From: Dehalococcoidia bacterium
GTDB lineage: Bacteria; Chloroflexota; Dehalococcoidia; UBA6926
Assembly: GCA_963666115.2 (NCBI GenBank)
Contig: CAXXET010000006.1
Coordinates: 224,001-288,000 of the forward strand
Length of the DNA stretch: 64,000 nucleotides
Reading direction: 5' to 3'
Below the pieces are notes generated by a model that made no database searches, had not been told where the DNA came from, and worked only from the letters and a program-made list of their open reading frames with translations. Positions within the stretch are counted from its first letter, which is position 1, and every line of letters starts with the position of its first letter. The position numbers and the translations under genes were made by a program. Of the stretch, positions 55,821 to 64,000 are shown in pieces.

Positions 55821-58800
55821 ATGCGCCGGCTGACATTGGGCGTCATCGCCCTCCTTGCGGCGGGCATGACGTTGTCCGTCTCCCCCGTGGCGGCGCAGAC
55901 TTCCCCCGGCCAGGTGGCGAGCGTCACCGTCACCCGCTCCAACAACACCCTCACCGCATCCTGGGACGCCCCGTCAGGCGCGACCAAGTACCACGTCACC
56001 TATAGCTCCGATAACAAGAAGAGCTGGAGCCTCGCCGCCTACGACTTAACCGCCACCACCATCGACATCACCGGCATCGATACGTCGAAGGCATACATCG
56101 TCGGCGTGAGGGCGGGCAACGAACACGGCTGGGGCGGTTGGCGCAACTCCGCCCCCAACAGCCCCCCAGGCCCTCCCGCCCGTCCCGGCTACGTCACCAT
56201 CAACCGCGTCGACGGGTCGATCACCGCCTCCTGGAACTCAATCGTCGGCGCGGACAAGTACCACGTCACCTACAGCGCGGACGGCAAGAAGAGTTGGAGC
56301 CTTGCCGCCGCGTCCCACCCCTCCACCAGCATCACCATCAACGTCGATAACCAGTATCCCTACGTCGTTGGCGTCCGCGCAGGCAAGACCGAGGGCAACA
56401 ACACCCTGTGGGGCAAGTGGCGCAACTCCTGGTCGACCCCTCCCTGGGTTCCCGCCGATCCACCCCCGTCCGCCCCGGCAAGCGTCACACTCGATCGCGG
56501 CTGCGACACGTTCAGCATCAGTTGGACTGCCGTCCCCGGCGCGACCGGCTACGACGTCAACATCAGCAAGAACAACCGCAAGAGCTGGTCGCGCGGCCTC
56601 AGCAACGTCACCTACACGACGTGGAACTTCGTCAAGTGGAGCAAGAACAAGCCCTACACCATCGCCGTCCGCGCCCGCAACGGCGGCGGCGAAAGCGGCT
56701 GGACAAACTCCGCAACTGTCCAGCCCCCGCCCTGCGAAGTGGGCAATCTCCGCGCCGTCACCTCGACCACCCACGGCACGGCAGGCGGCAGCATCACCAC
56801 GAGTTGGAACGCCGCCACCCGCGCCACCGCCTACAACGTCAACTACCGCTCCGACGGCGGCCAATGGCAGCGCATCGCCACCGGCCAAACCGCCACCACC
56901 CACACCGGAACCGTTACCACGACGGGCGGCCACACTGTCGCCGTCCAGTCCACCAACGGCGGCGCAATGAGCAAGTGGCGCAACACTGGCGTCGGCTGGC
57001 TGACGGCGAGCAGCATCACCGGAACCGGCGCAACTATCACCCTCTCCGGCCACTCCGGCAGTTGGCACGTCAAGAAGACATCGCCCGCCCCCGCCGGAAC
57101 CTGCTCGTCCGCCATCAGCGGCACGACGCATGACCTCTCCAACCTGTTCGCCACCACAACCTACACCTACGCCGCCTTCAAAGACTCCGCCTGCGCCAAC
57201 GCCATCGGCAGCGCGACCTTCACCACCGGCGCATCCACCGCAGTCCCATCCGCCCCCGCCGCCCCCGCCCTCACCACCGCCAACGCCCAACTCAAGGTGG
57301 ACTGGACGGCCCCTGCCCACGGAGGGTCCGCTATCACCGACTACGACCTCCGCTACCGCGTGAATGGCACGACCAACTGGAGCGCCGCCTTCATCCAGGG
57401 CGCGACCTACAGCCCCGGACTCGTGGGGAACGGCATACAGAGCAACGGCAGCACGGGGCAGGCGCTCAACTTGGGGAACGTCAGCCTCTCCGGCCTCACG
57501 GTGACGAAGGTGACCGCAGGCGGCATATCCAACGTCTACAAGATCAGCGAGGCCGTGGGCGGGTTCCGGCTCACGCTGAATGCGCGAAACGCGAAGCACA
57601 ACACGACGCTGACGTACCGGGCGCGTTACGCCTCGACCGCGCCGGCGGCCAGCAACATGAACACCCATGGCACGCTCCTGTGGGAGCATACCGTCGGCTA
57701 TGGCTCCAGCTTCACCCGAGACGCCTGGACGCTGGCCCTGCCCGCCAACACCCATTTCTGGATTACGACAACCGCCAACGGCACGACCGACGGCGTCAGG
57801 CCGACCATCATGGCGGACGCAGTCAGAGTCCCCTCGCCGCTGAGGACGAATATCACGGGCCTGGCCAACGGCACGAGCTACGACGTGCAGGCGCGCGCCT
57901 CCAACGCCAACGGCATCGGCGCATGGTCGCCCTCGGCAACGCTCAAGGCCGGCCTGCCCGCCCGCGCGAGTGCCCCCACCATTGTGTATTCGGGCAACGG
58001 CCTGCTTGCGGTGACCTGGGCGGCGGTTTCCGGCAACGGCTCCGCCATCACCGACTACGATCTCCGCTACTCCTCCGATGGCGGCTCGACGTGGACGAAC
58101 GTCGAGATGAACGCGGCGGCCAACACGGCCCGCTCCTACACCAGGACGAGTCTCACCAACGACACCGCCTACGTGGTGCAGGCGCGCGCAAGCAACACAC
58201 ACGGCGACGGCCTCTGGTCGCCATCGTCATTGTCCGTCAAGGCGGGCGCCCCCGACGCCCCGGCCGCCCCCGCCCTCGCCTCCGGCAACGCAACGCTGAC
58301 CGCAACGTGGACGGCTCCCGCGAACAACGGCTCGGCCGTCACCCGCTACGACGTGCAATACTCCACCGACGGCTCCACGTGGTCGTCCGCCAACGTAACC
58401 ATCACCCTGTCAACCCGCACAGCCGTCATCACCGGCCTCACCAATGACACCGCCTACCAGGTGCGCGTCCGTGCCACGAACACCCGCGCCACCGGCGCGT
58501 GGTCAACCTCCGCCACCGACAAGCCTGGCCGCCCGCAGGCTCCCGCTGCCCCAACGTTGACGGCGGGCGCGCGGCAATTGACCGCAACCTGGACCGGCAC
58601 GACAAACGGCCTGGCCATCACGGACTACGATGTCCAATACCGCAAGTCGAGCGCGACGGACTGGTCGGACTGGGCGCACACCGGCACGGCGACGACGGCC
58701 ACCATCACGGGCCTTGAGGGCGTCGTTACTTACCGGGTGCGCGTGCGGGCGGAGAGCTCGGCGGGCGATGGGCCCTGGTCGCCAACGGCGTCCCTGGCCA

Positions 58801-60290
58801 CCAACGCGAGCATCCCTGATAGGCCCGCCGCGCCCACCCTCGACCTCGGCGTCGCCAATCAGATCACGGCTCGCTGGATCGCTCCCTACGACGGCGGCTC
58901 AGACCTCACGGGCTTCAAGGTGCGCTACAAGGAATCCTCGGCTTCCGGATGGACGACGCACACCTTCTCCTCAACCGGCGCCACCACTCAGACCACCATT
59001 TCCAGCCTGACCTCAGACACGAAGTACGACGTGCAGGTGCGCGCCACCAACGGCATCGGCGACAGCGTGTGGTCGGATACGACGCAAGGCACGGAGGGCG
59101 GTCTCTCACAGCCGACCGCCACCCTCTCGCCCGGCAACGGGCGGCTCCTCGTGTCCTGGACGGCCCCATCGAACCCCGGCACGGGCATCACCGACTACGA
59201 CGTGCGCTACCGCCAGGTGGGAGCAAGCGACTGGACGCGGGTCTCGGACGGGGGAACGGTTGGGCATGGCCACCAATTGAACTCCGACTCCGCCAGCAGC
59301 ACAGACCCGATTGACTTCGGCAACCTGGGCGCAGGGATCACCCGGGAGGCGCTGGGGAGCAACAACGGCCTCTACAAGGTTCCCAACGCCATCGACGAAA
59401 TGCGAATCTACATGCAGGCCAACAACGGCGCCGCTTTCACCCTGCGGACATCGTCTTCCAAGCCGACGGACCTCAGCGTGGGAACCGTTCTGGCATCGTC
59501 GTCGACAACGACGCCAAATAACCAGTTCACGGAGTGGGTCGGCCCCATCGCGGCCAACGGCTACTTCTGGGCGGCGCCCGCCACCGGCTCTTCGACGTAC
59601 CACTTCCGCTATCGCCGGATCTACCACATCGACCTGGCGACCACCGACACGAACTACACCATCGGCAACCTGACTAACGGCACGGAGTACGAGGTGCAGG
59701 TGCGCGCCGAGAACTCCGGCGGTGAAAGCGAGTGGTCGAGCCCGGTCAAGGGAACGCCGACGGTTCCCGCGCTGACCGCATCCAACATCCAGCCGAAGGA
59801 GGCGACGCTCAACATCACCGTCCACACCGCACAGTGGTGGTACAAGGCGGACACGGGGCCGCATACCTCCTGCCAGGGCCCCGTCGACGCCGGCACAGCC
59901 ACCAGGCGCGTCACTCACCTCTCCCCCGGCACGACCTACGTTTACACCGCCTACACCGACAGCGGCTGCTCTGACGTGATCGTCACCGGGAACGCCTTCA
60001 CGACGGAGCTCAGCCTCGATGTCTATGACGTCACGCCGACCGACCTCACACTAACCCTCCACGGCTGGACTCAAGCCTGGTGGTTCAAGCGCACGTCCGG
60101 ACCGACTGCGGACGACACGTGCCACTCCGTATCCGCCGGCCAGAGCGGCTACTTGACGAACCTGCAGCACTCCAGCCATTACACCTACAAGGCCTACAGC
60201 GCCTCCGGCTGCGCCGCCGCCAACGAACTCGCCGAACGAGGCTTCAACACCCCAATCCCCAACCAGAACCCCAACCCCCCAGACCACTAA
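55821..60290 (+). CDS. Large secreted fibronectin type III repeat protein
   Basis: Signal peptide; about ten FN3 repeats (W..P..GS.ITDYD.RY...L.NGT.Y.VQ.RA.N..G.G.WS); Cys-paired modules; Pro-rich tail. Confidence 0.9.
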   Translation: MRRLTLGVIALLAAGMTLSVSPVAAQTSPGQVASVTVTRSNNTLTASWDAPSGATKYHVTYSSDNKKSWSLAAYDLTATTIDITGIDTSKAYIVGVRAGNEHGWGGWRNSAPNSPPGPPARPGYVTINRVDGSITASWNSIVGADKYHVTYSADGKKSWSLAAASHPSTSITINVDNQYPYVVGVRAGKTEGNNTLWGKWRNSWSTPPWVPADPPPSAPASVTLDRGCDTFSISWTAVPGATGYDVNISKNNRKSWSRGLSNVTYTTWNFVKWSKNKPYTIAVRARNGGGESGWTNSATVQPPPCEVGNLRAVTSTTHGTAGGSITTSWNAATRATAYNVNYRSDGGQWQRIATGQTATTHTGTVTTTGGHTVAVQSTNGGAMSKWRNTGVGWLTASSITGTGATITLSGHSGSWHVKKTSPAPAGTCSSAISGTTHDLSNLFATTTYTYAAFKDSACANAIGSATFTTGASTAVPSAPAAPALTTANAQLKVDWTAPAHGGSAITDYDLRYRVNGTTNWSAAFIQGATYSPGLVGNGIQSNGSTGQALNLGNVSLSGLTVTKVTAGGISNVYKISEAVGGFRLTLNARNAKHNTTLTYRARYASTAPAASNMNTHGTLLWEHTVGYGSSFTRDAWTLALPANTHFWITTTANGTTDGVRPTIMADAVRVPSPLRTNITGLANGTSYDVQARASNANGIGAWSPSATLKAGLPARASAPTIVYSGNGLLAVTWAAVSGNGSAITDYDLRYSSDGGSTWTNVEMNAAANTARSYTRTSLTNDTAYVVQARASNTHGDGLWSPSSLSVKAGAPDAPAAPALASGNATLTATWTAPANNGSAVTRYDVQYSTDGSTWSSANVTITLSTRTAVITGLTNDTAYQVRVRATNTRATGAWSTSATDKPGRPQAPAAPTLTAGARQLTATWTGTTNGLAITDYDVQYRKSSATDWSDWAHTGTATTATITGLEGVVTYRVRVRAESSAGDGPWSPTASLATNASIPDRPAAPTLDLGVANQITARWIAPYDGGSDLTGFKVRYKESSASGWTTHTFSSTGATTQTTISSLTSDTKYDVQVRATNGIGDSVWSDTTQGTEGGLSQPTATLSPGNGRLLVSWTAPSNPGTGITDYDVRYRQVGASDWTRVSDGGTVGHGHQLNSDSASSTDPIDFGNLGAGITREALGSNNGLYKVPNAIDEMRIYMQANNGAAFTLRTSSSKPTDLSVGTVLASSSTTTPNNQFTEWVGPIAANGYFWAAPATGSSTYHFRYRRIYHIDLATTDTNYTIGNLTNGTEYEVQVRAENSGGESEWSSPVKGTPTVPALTASNIQPKEATLNITVHTAQWWYKADTGPHTSCQGPVDAGTATRRVTHLSPGTTYVYTAYTDSGCSDVIVTGNAFTTELSLDVYDVTPTDLTLTLHGWTQAWWFKRTSGPTADDTCHSVSAGQSGYLTNLQHSSHYTYKAYSASGCAAANELAERGFNTPIPNQNPNPPDH

Positions 60291-60353
60291 CCCCCACGAC
60301 TAACCGCCCCTACCCCCCATGTCACCCTGAGCGCAGCGTTGCCCGACACATTC

Positions 60354-60707
60354 CTAGTCTTGCGCCAGGAGCCAGGCGATGAGGGCGTCCAGGAAGGTGT
60401 CGTCGTAGCCGGGGGCGTGGCTGCTTCCTACGCCGCGCCATAGTTCGATGGTGATTCCCTCCGAGCAGCCCGATTGTTGGCGGAACGACTGCGTTTCCGG
60501 ACCTGACACGAAGCTGTCGTAATCGAAGGCGTCGTAAGGCTGCGCGTTTTGGGGCCACGGGCAACCGGCGCGTTGGCTCTACCGCGTCACCATCTCCTCA
60601 GCCCCAGCGTAGAATGCCAGCCCCTCATCATCACCTTTCGCGTCCGACTTGCTGCCTTGGCGGTCGCCCGCGTAGCGGACCACCTCGTCCGCGCCGCCCT
60701 TGTACAA
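60354..60707 (-). pseudogene. 5'-truncated alpha/beta-hydrolase (PHB-depolymerase/LpqC-like esterase) remnant
   Basis: Frame reads GADEVVRYAG...FYAGAEEMVTR*SQRAGC...GC..GITIELWRGVGSSHAPG...IAWLLAQD*; in-frame TAG at 60579-60581 where Trp is expected. Confidence 0.6.
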
Positions 60708-60721
60708 CGAGGGCTGGCTGC

Positions 60722-61789
60722 TTATTCGCGGGGGAAGACGGGGAGGGGGTGGTTGGCGGTGATGCGGGTGGTTACGCGGGTGCCTACCTCGATGTCGTTG
60801 GCGTGTGAGTCGAGGGCGCGGCAGATTGTGCCAGAGTCGAGTTCGATGCTGTATGCGTAGAACGCGCCGCTGAATATCCGCCCGATGACGCGGCCGTTTC
60901 CGATGTCGTCGGCGCGGATGGTGAGGTCTTCCGGCCTCACCATGAGATCGAGCGGCCCGGCGCTGCTGAGAGCGGCGGGGTTGCTGACGGCCACCTCACC
61001 AAGCTCCGTCAGCACGCGCGATTCGCTCGCCGTCGTCTCGGCGGGGATGAAGTCCGCCTCGCCCAGAAAGGCGGCGACGAACCGGTTGACCGGGCTATGG
61101 AACGCGGTATGCGGCGCGCCGATCTGCTGGATGCGTCCGCCCTCCATCACCGCGATCACGTCGCCCATGGACAGGGCTGCGTCCTGGTCATGCGTGACGA
61201 AGACGACAGTGATGCCTGCCTCATGAAGGATGTCACGAACTTCCAATTGGAGACGCGCGCTGAGATTGGGGTCCAGATTGGAGAACGGCTCGTCCATTAG
61301 GAGAATCTTGGGGGCGGGCGCAAGGGCGCGGGCGAGGGCGACGCGCTGCCTTTCGCCGCCCGAAAGCTCATGCGGGCGCCGGTCGCGCATCCCGCCCAGG
61401 CCGACAAGCGCAAGCAGTTCATCGACGCGCTCCTGCCGATCTGCGGCGTCACGCGGCAGACCGTACTGCACGTTGTTGGCGACGGTCATGTGGGGGAAGA
61501 GGGCGTAGTCCTGGAAGACGAAGCCGACGCCACGTTTTTCGGGCGGCGTAAAGACGCCTTTCCCCGTGACGGCCTGCCCGTCAAGCTCGATGACGCCGGT
61601 GTCCGGCGTTTCCAGCCCGGCGATGAGCCTCAGGAGCGTCGTCTTGCCGCAGCCGCTCGGCCCGACGAGGGCGAGGATTTCTCCCCGGCGCGCGTCCAGG
61701 CTGACGTCGTTGGCCGCGACCGCGCCGCCACCGTACCGTTTCGTCAGCCCGACGCAGCGCAGCATGACGGACGCGGAATCTATCGTCAT
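60722..61789 (-). CDS. Fe3+ ABC transporter ATP-binding subunit (FbpC/AfuC-like)
   Basis: GPSGCGKTT, FQDYALFPH, LSGGERQR, LMDEPFSNLD, VTHD; C-terminal TOBE-like region. Confidence 0.93.
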   Translation of the reverse strand: MTIDSASVMLRCVGLTKRYGGGAVAANDVSLDARRGEILALVGPSGCGKTTLLRLIAGLETPDTGVIELDGQAVTGKGVFTPPEKRGVGFVFQDYALFPHMTVANNVQYGLPRDAADRQERVDELLALVGLGGMRDRRPHELSGGERQRVALARALAPAPKILLMDEPFSNLDPNLSARLQLEVRDILHEAGITVVFVTHDQDAALSMGDVIAVMEGGRIQQIGAPHTAFHSPVNRFVAAFLGEADFIPAETTASESRVLTELGEVAVSNPAALSSAGPLDLMVRPEDLTIRADDIGNGRVIGRIFSGAFYAYSIELDSGTICRALDSHANDIEVGTRVTTRITANHPLPVFPRE

Positions 61790-63420
61790 CGTGTCTGCCG
61801 ACTCCTTCCGCGACTGATCAGGATGAGCATGGGGATGGCTGAGATCAGTACCAGCAGCAGGGCGGGCAGGGCGGCCTGGGCGAAAAACGCCTCGGAGCTA
61901 GCGGCCCATACCCTGGTTGCCAGGTTGCTGAAATCCAGGGGGCTCAAGAGTAGTGTAGCGGGCAGTTCCTTCATGGCGGTGAGAAAGACGAGCGCGCCGC
62001 CCGCGAGGATGCCGGGGCGCAGCAGCGGCGCGGTTATCGTGCGGAATACCTCAAAGGGACGCCGCCCCAACGTCCTGCCCGCCTCTTCAATGCGCGGATT
62101 GACCTGGAGCAGAGATGATCGCAGCGGGCCTATCGCGACGGGCAGGAACAGCACGACATAGGCAAATACCAGTATGACGTGGGTCTGGTAGAGCGCCGGC
62201 ACAAGACGCAGGCCGAAGAAAACCAGCGCGAGCGCAATCACGAGGCCCGGCAGCGCGAATCCAAGATGGCTGATGCGGTCGACGGTTCTGCTGAACAGCC
62301 CCGGGTAGCGCACGGCAAGGACGACCACGGGCAGGGCGGCAATCACCGCTGCCAAGGCCGCCGCCGATGACACGACTGCGGAACTGACGGCAGGCCCCCA
62401 CACCGCCCCCAGCTCTTCGCCCGCGCCGATGCCGCGAATGAGCCAGAAGAGAAGCACCCCCATCGGGATGAACAGGGCCAGCAGCATCGTTACGAAGCAG
62501 AGCGCGAGGGCGGGGTATTTCCACTTGCCTAGCGGCACTGCGGGATAGTCGGTTCCGCCAAGCTCAGCCTGGTGCGTTTCCTCCATCGCCTGGTCGCCGT
62601 GAACCCTGGTCGCGGCCAGGAATATCAGGATCGCAAGTCCAACAAGAACCAGCGAGAGGGCGGCTGCGGCAGTTCGATCCACGTAGCTGGTGTATTGAAT
62701 ATAGATAGCCCACGTGAAGGTTTCGAACCGCAGGAGGGAGACTGCGCCGAAATCGCTGATGGTGTAGAGGGCGACGAGGAGGGTGCCGGAGGCGATGGCG
62801 GGTCGCAGTTGCGGCAGCGTGACGCGGAAGAATGTCTCCCACGGCCCCTTGCCCAGCGTGCGGGAGGCGTCCTCCAGCGCGCGCCCGGAGCCGCGCAGAG
62901 CCGCCCTGACGGTCAGCAGCGGGAACGGGTAGGAAACCAGGATCAACACGATCGCTGCGCCCGCAAGGCCGTACAGCGATGGTATCTCCTCGATTCCGAG
63001 AGGCTCTGCGACGAGTTGCTGGAGCATTCCCCGCGGCGCGAATACCGATATGAACAGGAACGCCACGATGTAGCTTGGTATCACGAGCGGAAGAGCGGTT
63101 ACCACGCTCCACATTCGGCGCATGGGCAGGTCGGTTCGCTCAATCAGCCAGCCAAGCGCGAGGGCGAGAACGGCGGACGCGGCGGAGACAATCGCGACGA
63201 GCACAAAGCTGCGAAAGATGATTGCCGCGACGCGCTGGCGGAGGAGGACGTCCGCCAACGACTCCGAGCCGGCCTCCAGAGTACGGATGACCAGGTAGAT
63301 GACGGGCAGCATCACCGCCGCGCCCACGAGCGAGGCAGAGGCAACGATTCCAAGCGGCGGCCGGCGCCGGCCATGCCCTGCGGCATTGGGGAAACCGACG
63401 CCGACCGCCGTTGAACTCAT
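61786..63420 (-). CDS. Fe3+ ABC transporter permease (FbpB/AfuB-like)
   Basis: Two EAA motifs (LEDASRTLG, IEEAGRTLG), SDFGAV, KELPATL. Confidence 0.93.
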   Translation of the reverse strand: MSSTAVGVGFPNAAGHGRRRPPLGIVASASLVGAAVMLPVIYLVIRTLEAGSESLADVLLRQRVAAIIFRSFVLVAIVSAASAVLALALGWLIERTDLPMRRMWSVVTALPLVIPSYIVAFLFISVFAPRGMLQQLVAEPLGIEEIPSLYGLAGAAIVLILVSYPFPLLTVRAALRGSGRALEDASRTLGKGPWETFFRVTLPQLRPAIASGTLLVALYTISDFGAVSLLRFETFTWAIYIQYTSYVDRTAAAALSLVLVGLAILIFLAATRVHGDQAMEETHQAELGGTDYPAVPLGKWKYPALALCFVTMLLALFIPMGVLLFWLIRGIGAGEELGAVWGPAVSSAVVSSAAALAAVIAALPVVVLAVRYPGLFSRTVDRISHLGFALPGLVIALALVFFGLRLVPALYQTHVILVFAYVVLFLPVAIGPLRSSLLQVNPRIEEAGRTLGRRPFEVFRTITAPLLRPGILAGGALVFLTAMKELPATLLLSPLDFSNLATRVWAASSEAFFAQAALPALLLVLISAIPMLILISRGRSRQTR

Positions 63421-64000
63421 TTACGGAAGCACTCCTGTGTCACGCAGGAGGTCGAGTGTGCCCTCAAGGTCTCCGAGGTCCGCCATGTCCACCTCGGGCG
63501 CGTTGATGTCCTCCAGGGGAGTCAGCAGGCGGTTGACGTTGACGCCCTCCACGAGCGGGTACTCGTAGGTCGATCCGGCGAAGTACTGTTGGGCGACGGG
63601 CGACAGCATGAACTCAATGAACTTGATCGCGTTCTCGCTGTTGGCCGAGTCGTCCAGCACGCCTGCTCCGGCCACGAGGACCATGGCGCCGGGGCCGCCG
63701 CCGGTCAGGTGGGCGTTGCGCGCCGCGAAACCCTCGCCATGTTCCGCCAGGAAGCGGTACAGGTAGTAGTGATTGACGAATCCAACGTCGATTTCCCCCG
63801 CGCCGGCTGCCGCAACCGTGGGCGTGTTCTTGGGGTAAATCTGCGGGTTATTCGCCAGGATCCCCTCAAGCCATGCCCGTGTCTCATCCTCGCCCCAGAT
63901 GACACGCATCGCGGTCACCATGGCCTGGAAGGAGCCGTTGGTGGGCGGCCAGCCGATGCGGCCCTCCCATTTCGGATCGGTAAACCCGCGCAGATCATTG
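63421..64000 (-). CDS. Fe3+ ABC transporter substrate-binding protein (FbpA/AfuA-like), 5' end outside the window
   Basis: WEGRIGWPPTNGSFQ, VNHYY, EYPL motifs. Confidence 0.9.
   Translation of the reverse strand, partial: NDLRGFTDPKWEGRIGWPPTNGSFQAMVTAMRVIWGEDETRAWLEGILANNPQIYPKNTPTVAAAGAGEIDVGFVNHYYLYRFLAEHGEGFAARNAHLTGGGPGAMVLVAGAGVLDDSANSENAIKFIEFMLSPVAQQYFAGSTYEYPLVEGVNVNRLLTPLEDINAPEVDMADLGDLEGTLDLLRDTGVLP

Noticed and set aside
56238-58202. 654-aa minus-strand ORF
   Set aside because: Antisense shadow of the FN3 gene with Gly/Val/Arg-biased composition
60579-60581. In-frame TAG as pyrrolysine or readthrough
   Set aside because: The gene is also 5'-truncated and no pyl genes are present; a simple TGG>TAG nonsense change is more likely

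Overview
High-GC bacterial chromosome segment, most consistent with Chloroflexota (Dehalococcoidia/SAR202-like). This is an inference from GAAC-N4-GT(T/A)C SOS boxes, tandem acyl-CoA dehydrogenases and CoA-transferases, Pro/Thr-linker lipoproteins, large FN3 proteins and short palindromic repeats. The housekeeping backbone (panB/panD/DUF2520, copA, amt, PHP-ymdB-rny-recA, ffh, rnhA, trmI, tRNA-Gln, tRNA-Gly, a stand-alone 5S rRNA, Fe3+ ABC transporter) is interrupted by small accessory cassettes. No integrase or transposase is visible. The two best novel-system candidates are both two-gene units. (1) A prokaryotic viperin translationally coupled to an XRE-HTH + TPR protein (21016-23638). (2) An MT-A70 adenine methyltransferase plus a PD-(D/E)XK / DGQHR / HEPN fusion protein (44289-47219), bracketed by a degenerate duplication of the trmI 5' end. 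Other notable items: a ThnT-like Ntn hydrolase inside the pan operon, a Cys-tailed flavoprotein paired with a GTPase-less FeoB-like transporter, a SodC homolog missing a Cu ligand, a TA/nuclease islet, a Fic gene flanked by repeated AT-rich palindromes, an unannotated 46-aa membrane ORF, two gene remnants, and a palindromic repeat translated in frame inside a CoA-transferase. All calls are by motif reading; no database searches were run.
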